Shown in pieces: positions 1 through 9,337 of a stretch of DNA of 64,000 nt. The stretch comes from Cyclobacteriaceae bacterium (GTDB lineage: Bacteria > Bacteroidota > Bacteroidia > Cytophagales > Cyclobacteriaceae). The translations under genes were made by a program, and so were the position numbers. The notes below the pieces were generated by a model, which did no database searches, was not told where the DNA came from, and saw only the letters and a program-made list of their open reading frames with translations. The stretch is from positions 138,062-202,061 of the forward strand of contig JAEUUF010000020.1 in NCBI GenBank assembly GCA_016787645.1. The letters are read 5' to 3'. Each line of letters begins with the position of its first letter. Within the stretch, counting starts at the first letter, position 1.

Positions 1-1901
1 TGTAAGAGCATCGAGGGAACATCAATACTTGACGTTCCATTGCTCAGTCGCAGTTGGCCAAGGTCAATGAACTTCTTGGAGTCATTAAACAGTTCGATAA
101 AGTCTACTCCTCCTGGCCTCGGATTGAATAATATCTCGTTGAGCACGAGGTCCAGGCTGTCTGCCAATTCGGGGATACCAAAAATTATGCTCAAGGGTTC
201 GATGCGATTGCCGCTACAATCCGTGACTCCCTCTACCCGAGTCTCGTAGGCTCTTTGCTTTTCTAATTTCGCATCAAAGCTAAGGCGTATCGTTCTGACG
301 GCGGGTCTTAACAGGTGAATTCCTGAGATTGGGATCGGAGGATTAATGGAAATATGCACATCACCCGGCAACTCAGACAAAGGCTCATTAAAGATAAGCG
401 TCAATTGTCCCGAATCGGAAGGCAGAATACTCAACAGCTCAGGAGGAGTGAGATCAGGCTTGGCTGTTGAAATTGAGTTTTGTCTGCCCGGTGTTCCGCC
501 CGATGCAGCTTCTGAAGCCGCCCAGTTTTCGCGTTCACCACAAGGGTTTCTTGGGTCTATCAACTCCAGCGCCCAGCCTCCCTGTTGCTTGTCTTCATCT
601 CGGTACCAATCGATAACATAGTTGATCGAGTCAATCATCATCCCTGCATTATCCGTTAGGATGATATGATCACCCGAATTATTCAAGGAAGGAAAATTGG
701 TTAAGCCAATCACGCCTGGCTCGTCGAAGAGATTTATTGACGATGACGCCGTCACAATTTTGTATTCCCCGGGAAGAAAAATCGCTGATGGAAATTTTCC
801 GATGCTGCTGCCATCAGACAGGCCCCAGCCGACTAGATCAAATGGCTCATTACTGGCATTGAAGAGTTCGACAAATTCAGCGTTGGGCAGACCAATTTGT
901 GGCGTGGGGTCGGCTAAAAACTCAGTGATTAATACTGATTTTCGTTGGGCAATTCCTGGTCTGAAGTACAACAATTGCCCCGTTGCGGGGAGCATGGCAT
1001 TACCCGCTTCATCGGATGTTCCCGCGATTTGAATGACATAAGCACGACCATTAACCAAGGGTGAAGACAGCGCGCATACAGCTGTCATTTGATCCGGTTC
1101 GAGATTTACCACGACGGGATTACCCAAGTTTTCAATGTGAATTGCATTGGTTGTCAAACTGGCAGCTTGGATGGGCTCCGTAAATCGAATGCTAAAATGC
1201 AATGGATCCAATGCTTCGATTCGAACAATGGCTGGAGGTGTCGTGTCAGGAATAACCGACCCGGAAACTTTAAAATCATCAAACCAGAATTTGTCCGAAC
1301 GAGTTGAGGAGTATGTGCATTGCAAACCAAACCATGAAGATTCAGTATGCCGAAGATCAATTGTCTCACCCTCTTTTGCCAGGTTGCCCGTATTGCCCAC
1401 ATCAGTGAATAATTCCCAGCGACCTTCCGCGGTGCGGACCACGCGAATGGTCAGTATGACCTGGGCCTGGTTTACCCGATCATCCAGTCCGTCGATCAAT
1501 TCTTGTTCAGTCGCGCCGGTTTGGGCATACAGGCTGATTTCACGTGTCGTGTTGCCAACCTTGACAAAGTAGCCATTCAATGCAGCCTGCAGATCAGCAT
1601 GGTCGGAGACCAGGTAGATCTTTGCATAATTCGAACTGCTAGGAGTAAAGTCAAGTTGCAGCTTGAATTCCCACGTACCCTCATGAATCGCCTGGCTGGG
1701 CGTGGAAAGAAAAGCTGCTCCGTTAATGGCTGGCGCCTGCAGTTTCAGTCGCCCGCTTGAAATAACAAAGCGTGAAACATCACCTTGCCATGGAGGAGCA
1801 ACAGAGAAGTTGCCGTCTGAAAAATTGTCTGTGAATTGGGCTGTACACGGACCGGCCACGAACCATGCTACGAACAGCAAAAGGATTTTCTGGGTGCTCA
1901 T
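1..1901 (-). CDS. Secreted lamin-tail-domain (LTD) protein, 3'-truncated by the window edge; probable T9SS cargo
   Basis: Not in the ORF track because it has no stop inside the window. My translation from ATG 1901 gives MSTQKILLLFVAWFVAGPCTAQFTDNFSDGNF (signal peptide) and two LTD-type motifs (VLITEFLADP..EFVELFN; LVLNEILFNP..DFIELFN), open to the left edge. The C-terminal sorting domain is not visible. Confidence 0.8.
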   Translation of the reverse strand, partial: MSTQKILLLFVAWFVAGPCTAQFTDNFSDGNFSVAPPWQGDVSRFVISSGRLKLQAPAINGAAFLSTPSQAIHEGTWEFKLQLDFTPSSSNYAKIYLVSDHADLQAALNGYFVKVGNTTREISLYAQTGATEQELIDGLDDRVNQAQVILTIRVVRTAEGRWELFTDVGNTGNLAKEGETIDLRHTESSWFGLQCTYSSTRSDKFWFDDFKVSGSVIPDTTPPAIVRIEALDPLHFSIRFTEPIQAASLTTNAIHIENLGNPVVVNLEPDQMTAVCALSSPLVNGRAYVIQIAGTSDEAGNAMLPATGQLLYFRPGIAQRKSVLITEFLADPTPQIGLPNAEFVELFNASNEPFDLVGWGLSDGSSIGKFPSAIFLPGEYKIVTASSSINLFDEPGVIGLTNFPSLNNSGDHIILTDNAGMMIDSINYVIDWYRDEDKQQGGWALELIDPRNPCGERENWAASEAASGGTPGRQNSISTAKPDLTPPELLSILPSDSGQLTLIFNEPLSELPGDVHISINPPIPISGIHLLRPAVRTIRLSFDAKLEKQRAYETRVEGVTDCSGNRIEPLSIIFGIPELADSLDLVLNEILFNPRPGGVDFIELFNDSKKFIDLGQLRLSNGTSSIDVPSMLL

Positions 1902-1923
1902 CCGGCCAAACTACTTTTAATCT

Positions 1924-1931
1924 TACTTTTG
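1924..1931 (+). promoter_or_regulatory. Bacteroidota primary-sigma -7 element (TAnnTTTG) upstream of asd
   Basis: TACTTTTG, 24 nt before the asd ATG, in the divergent intergenic gap. Confidence 0.55.
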
Positions 1932-1955
1932 CCCCCTGTAACAAGAGCGAATGTC

Positions 1956-2951
1956 ATGAAAACCGTCGTAGTAGGAGCGACCGGACTTGTAGGTCAGGAA
2001 ATCCTGAAGGTGATGGAAGAGCGAAACTTCCCTTATGATGACCTGTATCTCGTGGCCTCCGGCCGGAACGTGGGCAAGGAAATTGAATACAAGGGTCGTC
2101 GATATACTATCATGGGTATCGAAGAGGCCAGCAACCTGGCTGCCGATATTGCGATCTTCTCGGCTGGCGGCGGCACCTCATTGGAATGGGCACCTCGCTT
2201 CGCCGAGAAGGGAACCATCGTTATTGACAACTCCTCCGCATGGAGAATGGATCCTTCCAAGCGCCTGATCGTGCCGGAAATCAACGGGCACGTGCTCCGC
2301 ATTGATGACCGCATCATTGCCAATCCAAACTGCTCCACCATCCAGATGGTGATGGTGCTCGCTCCGCTGCATGTCCGATACAAGATGAAGCGCATTGTGG
2401 TTTCCACTTACCAGTCGGTGACGGGCACTGGCAAAGATGCGGTCCAGCAATTGATGGATGAGCGGCAAGGCATTAGCGGAAACAAGGTTTACCCCCACCC
2501 GATCGACATGAACGCACTTCCGCACATTGATGTATTCCTGGACAACGGGTACACCAAGGAAGAAATGAAGATGGTCAATGAGACCCGCAAGATCCTCGGC
2601 GATGAAAGCATCGGCGTTACCGCCACCACAGTTCGCGTTCCTACCATCGGAGGTCATTCCGAAGCGGTTAATGTAGAATTTCACTCGGACTTTGATCTTG
2701 AAGAAGTGCACGAGCTCCTGGAAGGTATGCCCGGCGTCATTGTCATGGACGATGTGAAAAACAACATCTATCCCATGCCCATTCACACACAGGGTAAAGA
2801 TGAGGTCTTTGTGGGTCGCATTCGTCGCGACGAATCACAACCCCGCACGCTAAACCTTTGGATCGTGGCCGATAACCTTCGCAAGGGCGCTGCCACCAAC
2901 GCGGTTCAGATCGCGGAGTATATGATGGAGCACAGTCTGGTAACTCCCTGA
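1956..2951 (+). CDS. asd: Aspartate-semialdehyde dehydrogenase
   Basis: VVGATGLVG Rossmann motif, IIANPNCST catalytic Cys, STYQSVTGTG, ADNLRKGAATNAVQIAE. Start moved from 1836 to ATG 1956 (MKTVVVG); the longer start would overlap the opposite-strand LTD gene. Confidence 0.97.
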   Translation: MKTVVVGATGLVGQEILKVMEERNFPYDDLYLVASGRNVGKEIEYKGRRYTIMGIEEASNLAADIAIFSAGGGTSLEWAPRFAEKGTIVIDNSSAWRMDPSKRLIVPEINGHVLRIDDRIIANPNCSTIQMVMVLAPLHVRYKMKRIVVSTYQSVTGTGKDAVQQLMDERQGISGNKVYPHPIDMNALPHIDVFLDNGYTKEEMKMVNETRKILGDESIGVTATTVRVPTIGGHSEAVNVEFHSDFDLEEVHELLEGMPGVIVMDDVKNNIYPMPIHTQGKDEVFVGRIRRDESQPRTLNLWIVADNLRKGAATNAVQIAEYMMEHSLVTP

Positions 2952-2955
2952 TTTG

Positions 2956-5136
2956 TTATTTCTGCGTCGCGGCCGGCGCTTCCGGGTGTTTCACGTACCG
3001 CTCGAAAAATTCAATGACCCGCAACAGGTGATCCATCATTCGCCCGGGATTTCCACTCCGGGTAAGCTCGTGGCCTTCTTTTGGATAGCGGATGTATTCC
3101 ACCGGCTTGTTCAAGATCTTCAAGCTCTTGTACAACATTTCGGATTGCGTTACACCGGTTCGTAAGTCCTGGTCACCGTGGATGATCAACAACGGGGTGT
3201 TGATGTTCTTGACATAATTATAAGGAGACTCGGAATCCAGCACCTTCTTTGTCTCCGCATCCCAGGGATAGCCGCCAAAGTCATTGGGTACGAGGAACCA
3301 GGCATTTCCCTCTCCCATAAAGGTGGTCAATTCATACACACCTCGCTGGGCATTTGCGGCTTTGAATCGATTGTCATGACTGATGATCCATGCCACCATG
3401 TAACCGGCATAACTTCCTCCTTCTACAAAGAGTTGGTCTTTGTCAATCCAGGAATAATTCTTCATCGCATCATCGAGTGATGCGATGATATCCGCGGAAG
3501 GGCTTGGGCCCCAATCCTTGAAGTTGGCTTTCTTGAACTTATCGCCGTAGCCGCCGCTGCCGCGGGGATTGCAGTACACGAGGCCGTAACCCCAGCTGTT
3601 CTCCAGTTGGTACTCGTGCCACATCGAGAAAATACCCGGGCCCCACATGGCAGTCGGTCCGCCATGAATATTCAGTATCGTAGGATATTTGGTTCCATCC
3701 TTGCGGCCAATGGGCTCCATCACCCAATACTGCACTTTGGTCCCATCCGGGCGGGTAATCCAATGTTCCTTGGGAAAAGCCACCTGCCGATCTTTAATCC
3801 AGTCTTCGTTGAGCCGGGTGAGCATCTTGTTGGACTTATCTTTCAGGTTGTAAACATAAACCTCCCACGGATTCTTGGTCTCCGTCAGCGCATACACGGC
3901 CTTGTCACCCACCACGTCAAAATCATTCACGCCACTGTCATTGCCCAGGATTTTTGTGATCGTTCCGCCCTTCGCGGGCACGCTAAACAACGGGATGTCA
4001 CCTTCGGTCTGCGCGGCGAAGTAGATCGTTTTTCCATCGGCTGACCAAACTGCCCCGCCGGCATCTCGATCAAGGCTCGCTGTGATGAGTTGGGGCTGTC
4101 CGCCCGCTGAAGGCACTACCGCCAATTGGTTTTGTGTCGCATGGCGATTCACAATGTTCGTCGCCGAGAAAGCGATTTGACTTCCGTCGGGCGAGAAGAC
4201 GCCATTGGAAATACTGTAGTCCTTCCAGGTAAGAAATTCCATTGCGGTTTTTTTCTCCACATCGATCATCCACAAATCACTGTCGCGTTCGCGGTCGGGA
4301 TGAATCTTGTAGACACGCGAGGTGCAAAGAATTCGTTTGCCATCGGGTGACCACTCCGCATCATCAAAATCCTGGTAGCCGCTGGTTAATTGGGTGGCTC
4401 CACCCTCACCATTCGAAGCGATCACAAACAAATGGCTGAAGCTTTCATCCGGTTGAAGATTCAACTCTCCCTGCAGGTTTTGCCGATTGAGCACACGCGG
4501 GTTTGATTCACTGGCATTCTTCGCAAGCCAGGCCCGGATTTCATCGAGGTTCCCGTCGGGAGCTGTGGGCGTTTTCTTTTTCTCATCGGCCTTCATTTTT
4601 TTGAAGTTCGGCTCATCACCTTGTTTACGGCCAGGGCGCTCGTAGGACCAGGGTGTCGACCCTTCAATTGCGTAGAAAGGAACTGAAGAACTGTAGAGAA
4701 TCTTTTTTCCATCCGGTGACCATTGCGGAGAACCAGCACCGTATTCAGCCTTGGTGATGGCATGGGCTTCTCCACCGGAGAGGGGGAGGATCCATACTTG
4801 TGACTTATCTCCATCCACTCGCGTGAAGGCGATTTGTTTGCCGTCGGGTGACCATTGCGGCTGTCCATCGTTGCGATCGCCGTACGTTAGCTGGACGGGG
4901 GCAGAGCTTCCGGATACGTCGACGATATAAAGATGGCGGGTATAGTAGTATTCGTTGTCGTTCTTAACTGCCTTCCGGTTCACCACCATCACCGCTTTGG
5001 TACCATCCGGTGAGAGTTGGATCTGGCTCGTCGTTGCGATTTTCATCAGGTCGGAAGCTACAATGGGCTTCTTGGACTGGGCCTGGACGCCGAAGGTGAT
5101 CAGCACTAGCAGGAGGATGCGGCAAATGGTTTTCAT
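2956..5136 (-). CDS. S9 family (prolyl oligopeptidase/acylaminoacyl-peptidase-like) secreted peptidase
   Basis: Signal peptide, PD40-like WSPDG repeats, IHGGP, GGSYAG nucleophile elbow, HGDQD Asp, EGHE His. Confidence 0.93.
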   Translation of the reverse strand: MKTICRILLLVLITFGVQAQSKKPIVASDLMKIATTSQIQLSPDGTKAVMVVNRKAVKNDNEYYYTRHLYIVDVSGSSAPVQLTYGDRNDGQPQWSPDGKQIAFTRVDGDKSQVWILPLSGGEAHAITKAEYGAGSPQWSPDGKKILYSSSVPFYAIEGSTPWSYERPGRKQGDEPNFKKMKADEKKKTPTAPDGNLDEIRAWLAKNASESNPRVLNRQNLQGELNLQPDESFSHLFVIASNGEGGATQLTSGYQDFDDAEWSPDGKRILCTSRVYKIHPDRERDSDLWMIDVEKKTAMEFLTWKDYSISNGVFSPDGSQIAFSATNIVNRHATQNQLAVVPSAGGQPQLITASLDRDAGGAVWSADGKTIYFAAQTEGDIPLFSVPAKGGTITKILGNDSGVNDFDVVGDKAVYALTETKNPWEVYVYNLKDKSNKMLTRLNEDWIKDRQVAFPKEHWITRPDGTKVQYWVMEPIGRKDGTKYPTILNIHGGPTAMWGPGIFSMWHEYQLENSWGYGLVYCNPRGSGGYGDKFKKANFKDWGPSPSADIIASLDDAMKNYSWIDKDQLFVEGGSYAGYMVAWIISHDNRFKAANAQRGVYELTTFMGEGNAWFLVPNDFGGYPWDAETKKVLDSESPYNYVKNINTPLLIIHGDQDLRTGVTQSEMLYKSLKILNKPVEYIRYPKEGHELTRSGNPGRMMDHLLRVIEFFERYVKHPEAPAATQK

Positions 5137-5292
5137 GATTTTATGGGATCAAGGTCAAATATGCATGTGCCGATACCAGTAAACAATGTGACTAATACCA
5201 GTGGACAATAGGTACGACAACTGGTCTGCGGGTAGCGATCGCATCTATGGATGCCCCAAAAATCCTGTTATCTTCATTCCAAAGTTCAACCC

Positions 5293-7155
5293 ATGAAACG
5301 ACTCGCCTTTCTTTTCTACTTCGTGATTTTTACAGGGTCCGCGTTCGCTCAACCCCTCACCGACACCGTCGCCCTGGAGGGATTCATGGATGGCGTCATG
5401 GAAACACATTTCCGCGACAAGCACATCGTCGGTGCTGCCGTCTCCATTATCAAGGACGGGAAAGTGCTGCTTGCCAAGGGCTATGGCTACATGGACGAGC
5501 GGAACAGAATACCCGTCACGGCCAATGCCAGTTTGTTTCGCATCGGGTCGATCACGAAACTATTCACCTGGGTGAGCGTGATGCAACTTGTCCAACAGGG
5601 CAAGCTGGATCTTAACGCCGATGTCAATACGTACCTGAAGGATTTTCAGATTCCTGCCACCTACCCGGAACCCATCACCCTGAATCACCTGATGACGCAT
5701 ACCCCGGGCTTCGAAGACCTGGTGATTGGACTATTTGGCAGAGATACTACTTCGCTTAAGCCCTTGGAGGAAATTCTTAAGAACCAGATTCCCGCGCGGG
5801 TACGCAAGCCGGGGACCTATGCCTCCTACTCTAATCACGGCACCGCAATGGCCGCTTACATCGTTGAACTTGTTTCGGGTATGCAGTTCAATGAGTATGT
5901 AGAGAAAAATATTATTGGCCCACTGGGTATGAAGCAAACCACCTTGCGGCAACCCTTGCCAAAAGAGTTTGTTCCTCAGATGTCGAAAGGCTATAAATAC
6001 GAAGGCGGGGTGTTTGCGGAGAAACCTTACGAATATGTACCACTTTATCCTGCGGGTTCGGCCGCCACTACAGCCCTGGACATGGTTCCTTTCATGCGCA
6101 TGTTCCTGGAAAATGGACAGCTAAATGGTGCTGTAATTCTTGATAGCGCCACTCTGGCTTTAATGAAGACCCCAGCCCATCAGCATGATCCTGCTGTCAA
6201 TCCCATGCGACACGGACTCATCGACATGAGTCGTGGCGGTGTGGAGGTTATCGGGCACGGCGGCGACACGTTCTGGTTCCATTCCATGTTGGCCCTGATG
6301 CCCGCTTCTCAAACCGGAATTTTTCTCTCCTTCAACACCGACACGGGCGGTGGTACCGCCGGTGTAGTGCTCGATGAGTTCCTTGATCGCTACTTCCCGG
6401 AAACCACACAACCCCAGCCACCGAAATTCAGCAAAGACTACCTGACCCGTTTTGCCGGAAAATATCGCGTCAATCGCCACGCCTACAAAGACTATTCTTC
6501 CGTTGCCGGTATGCTAAGCGATGCCAGTGTCACGGTGTTGGATTCCACCGGACTACGTCTGAAGGTCGGAGAGACGGTTCGCGACCTCGTCCCTATTGAC
6601 AGTCTCGTGTTTCGGGAAAAGAATACTTCCAACCGGTATGTATTTCAAAAAGCCGAAAAGGGTGACATTGGCGTATTGCTGATCGGCAACGTACCCATCT
6701 TAGCATTGGAAAAAGTCTCCGGGCTGAAGAGCGCCGACTTGCATATGTTTATTTTCATCCTGGCTATTATCACCGCGGTAGTCACACTTCTCTTCTGGCC
6801 GATCGTGGCGTTATCACGGATGGGCTACCAGGCACACCGTTACACCAAACCCATGCCCTTCAATGCGCGGCTGATCGCCTGGCTCAATTACCTGGTCCTG
6901 ATCATTTTCTACGTGGGCGTGACCTCGAATGCCAATGAAGAAGGAATTGTGTACGGCACCGTGAGTGCGCTTAAGTTCTTTCTCTATTTTCCCTTCCTGA
7001 ACCTACTACTCACCGTGGGTATGCTCATCTGGCTGGTGCGCATCCTCCCCACTGGATATCACCGTGTGATGAGCCGGCTGTATTACCTGGTTCTCTGCCT
7101 GGTTTCACTTGCCGCGCTGTGGCAGTTATACTACTGGAACATGTTCGGAGCCTAG
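5293..7155 (+). CDS. Serine hydrolase (beta-lactamase/class C PBP-like fold) with C-terminal transmembrane helices
   Basis: FRIGSITK (SxxK), YSN, GHGGD motifs; signal peptide from ATG 5293; about 4 hydrophobic helices at the C-terminus. Confidence 0.9.
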   Translation: MKRLAFLFYFVIFTGSAFAQPLTDTVALEGFMDGVMETHFRDKHIVGAAVSIIKDGKVLLAKGYGYMDERNRIPVTANASLFRIGSITKLFTWVSVMQLVQQGKLDLNADVNTYLKDFQIPATYPEPITLNHLMTHTPGFEDLVIGLFGRDTTSLKPLEEILKNQIPARVRKPGTYASYSNHGTAMAAYIVELVSGMQFNEYVEKNIIGPLGMKQTTLRQPLPKEFVPQMSKGYKYEGGVFAEKPYEYVPLYPAGSAATTALDMVPFMRMFLENGQLNGAVILDSATLALMKTPAHQHDPAVNPMRHGLIDMSRGGVEVIGHGGDTFWFHSMLALMPASQTGIFLSFNTDTGGGTAGVVLDEFLDRYFPETTQPQPPKFSKDYLTRFAGKYRVNRHAYKDYSSVAGMLSDASVTVLDSTGLRLKVGETVRDLVPIDSLVFREKNTSNRYVFQKAEKGDIGVLLIGNVPILALEKVSGLKSADLHMFIFILAIITAVVTLLFWPIVALSRMGYQAHRYTKPMPFNARLIAWLNYLVLIIFYVGVTSNANEEGIVYGTVSALKFFLYFPFLNLLLTVGMLIWLVRILPTGYHRVMSRLYYLVLCLVSLAALWQLYYWNMFGA

Positions 7156-7160
7156 TGACC

Positions 7161-7210
7161 TTCGCGCCCTACTTTGCGCCTTACTTCGCGCCTTCGCGAG
7201 CTTTGCGTGA
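7161..7210. repeat. Degenerate tandem TT(C/T)GCGCC-type repeat between convergent genes
   Basis: TTCGCGCCCTAC / TTTGCGCCTTAC / TTCGCGCC / TTCGCGAGC / TTTGCGTGA read directly. Confidence 0.7.
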
Positions 7211-7225
7211 CCCCTCAATCCTAAC

Positions 7226-9274
7226 CTACTTTCCCATCGGCAGCTCCACCTGTTCGCCCCATACGTACTTTGCAAACCACTGCCAGTTGTGCCAATTGGC
7301 CGCAAGGCGCTCCTTGGGTTTGTTGATGCCATGACCAAACCCCTTGTACACAATCAGCTCTGCGGGCACATTGCGGTCGCGCAGGCCTTGTAGTAATTCA
7401 TAAGCGTTGGAAATGGGTACACGGCGATCAAATTCACCGTGCTGAATGAGCGTTGGCGTCTTCGCCTGGTTGATGTTCGTCATCGGCGATGTCTTCTTAT
7501 AGATCGCTTCGTCACTCCACGGAGTTGCTCTTAAATACTGTCTGGTAAAGGGGTGAATATCCGTGCTGACATAATAAGTCATCCAATTAGAAATGCCTGC
7601 GCCCACCGAAATGGCTTTGAACACCGAGGAGTTTGTTGTGAGGAACGCAGAAATGTATCCTCCCTGGCTCCAACCCATGCAGCCCATCTTCGAACGGTCG
7701 ATCATCTTTTTCGAGTCGAGGTAATCCACACCGGACAGCACATCCCACGCGTCGCCGACGCCAAGATTGCGCACGTTCAGCGAACGGAAGGCTTCACCAT
7801 ATCCTGCCGAACCGCGATAGTTCACCCGCAACACCAATGCTCCTTTGCCGAGCCATTGGACGATCGGGTACACTCCGCCTGGAACCGGTGTAGGAGTGTC
7901 TACCCCGGTGGGCCCGCCGTGAATGACAACCAGCAGCGGGTATTTCTTCGAAGCGTCATAGTTGGCGGGCTTATGCAGCACGCCTTCAATTGTGGCTCCG
8001 TCTTTGCTTTTCCAGCTAATCACTTCACTGGTCGCCACATTCCATCCCTTCATCTGGCCCGACATGTCAGTTATCTTTTTTGGCGATGGATTTGTCGTTG
8101 AAGACACAAACACTTCGTTCAGCTGATCACCATTGCGTGCAGACATGGCAAATTGATCGCCGGTAGCTGTGAAAGATACTTGTCCAACCTGTTCCGGCAG
8201 ACCTTTCACAAGGGTTTGATTGCCTGATGCTGGATCAATATGGTAAAGAACGCGATTGGTGCGAGCCTGAACCGTTGTAAAAATGCCCGTTGCCCGCCAG
8301 GCAAGTCCACCGAGATCTTCGTCGAGGGTTTTCGCCAGTTGACGCCTTGCTTTCGTTGTTAGATTTATTGCATACGCTTTGGTGTTGGTATAAAAATGTG
8401 AGACCGTATCAGATCCTTTCGTCGTAAACACCAACTCCTTCGAGTCCGGGGACCAATCCTGGAAGAAATCGCCACTGGGATTGGAGACTACTTTGGTAAT
8501 TGCTTTGGAGGCAAGATCAATCACCGAGATGTCCGCTTTCACCGATGAGTTGATGAGTGGATCAGGTTGATGCGTGAAGGCTACTTTGTTGCCATCCGGC
8601 GACACATTGTAGTTATTTACCGTGAACTTGCCTTCCGTCAGTCGTTTTGCTTTAGGCCATTCGATGCAGCCCGCTTTGGCTTTCAGTGAATCTGTCTTCT
8701 CATAGCAGGGCATTTCCGAAGGATCGCGAAGATCCGGGTTGAAATCAACCTGCCATAGATGTTGCACGGTGAATTCCGCATCGTCTTCCTCAAATCCACC
8801 ATATCGTTTCTCCCGTTCCTTCTTGTTTGGATCTTCCTTCTCCGGACGTTGAAAGATGAAGGACTTTCCGGACGGATGCCAGATGAACGAGTTGATGCCT
8901 TCTTCCTCGTTCGTCACTGCGCGTGCCTCGCCGCCGTCCGTACGGATGATGTGAATTTGGTTTTTTCCTGTGCGAGTGGCGAGGAAAGCGATCCATTTGC
9001 CGTCGGGTGAGAAACTCGCGTTGCTGCTTCCTCCCTTGGCGGAGTTAGTCAGTTGAATGCCTGGCTCGCCGTTTCGGGACAACCAGATTTCCGTGTCGTA
9101 GCGGTTATCATTCCAATCGGTCGTTTGCACCCCGTAGGCTACCATCTTGCCATCCGGAGAAATGGTAACGCCGGCAACTCCGCGCAGCGAGATAACTTCT
9201 TCGAAAGTGGGAACATGCTGACCAAGAACGATAGTGTTCATGAAGAGCAGCAGAACGGGAATAAATCTTTTCAT
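7226..9274 (-). CDS. S9 family secreted peptidase
   Basis: SPDG repeats, IHGGP, GWSQGG nucleophile, HGEFD, FGHG. Start at ATG 9274 (MKRFIPVLLLF signal peptide) preferred over 9298, which lies inside an 8-bp repeat. Confidence 0.93.
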   Translation of the reverse strand: MKRFIPVLLLFMNTIVLGQHVPTFEEVISLRGVAGVTISPDGKMVAYGVQTTDWNDNRYDTEIWLSRNGEPGIQLTNSAKGGSSNASFSPDGKWIAFLATRTGKNQIHIIRTDGGEARAVTNEEEGINSFIWHPSGKSFIFQRPEKEDPNKKEREKRYGGFEEDDAEFTVQHLWQVDFNPDLRDPSEMPCYEKTDSLKAKAGCIEWPKAKRLTEGKFTVNNYNVSPDGNKVAFTHQPDPLINSSVKADISVIDLASKAITKVVSNPSGDFFQDWSPDSKELVFTTKGSDTVSHFYTNTKAYAINLTTKARRQLAKTLDEDLGGLAWRATGIFTTVQARTNRVLYHIDPASGNQTLVKGLPEQVGQVSFTATGDQFAMSARNGDQLNEVFVSSTTNPSPKKITDMSGQMKGWNVATSEVISWKSKDGATIEGVLHKPANYDASKKYPLLVVIHGGPTGVDTPTPVPGGVYPIVQWLGKGALVLRVNYRGSAGYGEAFRSLNVRNLGVGDAWDVLSGVDYLDSKKMIDRSKMGCMGWSQGGYISAFLTTNSSVFKAISVGAGISNWMTYYVSTDIHPFTRQYLRATPWSDEAIYKKTSPMTNINQAKTPTLIQHGEFDRRVPISNAYELLQGLRDRNVPAELIVYKGFGHGINKPKERLAANWHNWQWFAKYVWGEQVELPMGK

Positions 9275-9282
9275 AGACGAAG

Positions 9283-9314
9283 GTGTTGAGGTGTTCATAT
9301 GTTGAAGTGTTGAA
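9283..9314. repeat. Four degenerate 8-bp tandem units (consensus GTGTTGAA)
   Basis: gtgttgag gtgttcat atgttgaa gtgttgaa. Confidence 0.65.
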
Positions 9315-9337
9315 GATGGCTATTTTGAGACGACGTG

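Noticed and set aside
2987-3002. TGTTTCACGT half-site resembling parS
   Set aside because: The second arm (ACCGCT) does not match, and it lies in a CDS.
5293-7155. Calling the SxxK protein a beta-lactamase resistance gene
   Set aside because: The motifs define only the fold, which is shared with many peptidases and esterases; the C-terminal TM domain is atypical for AmpC.
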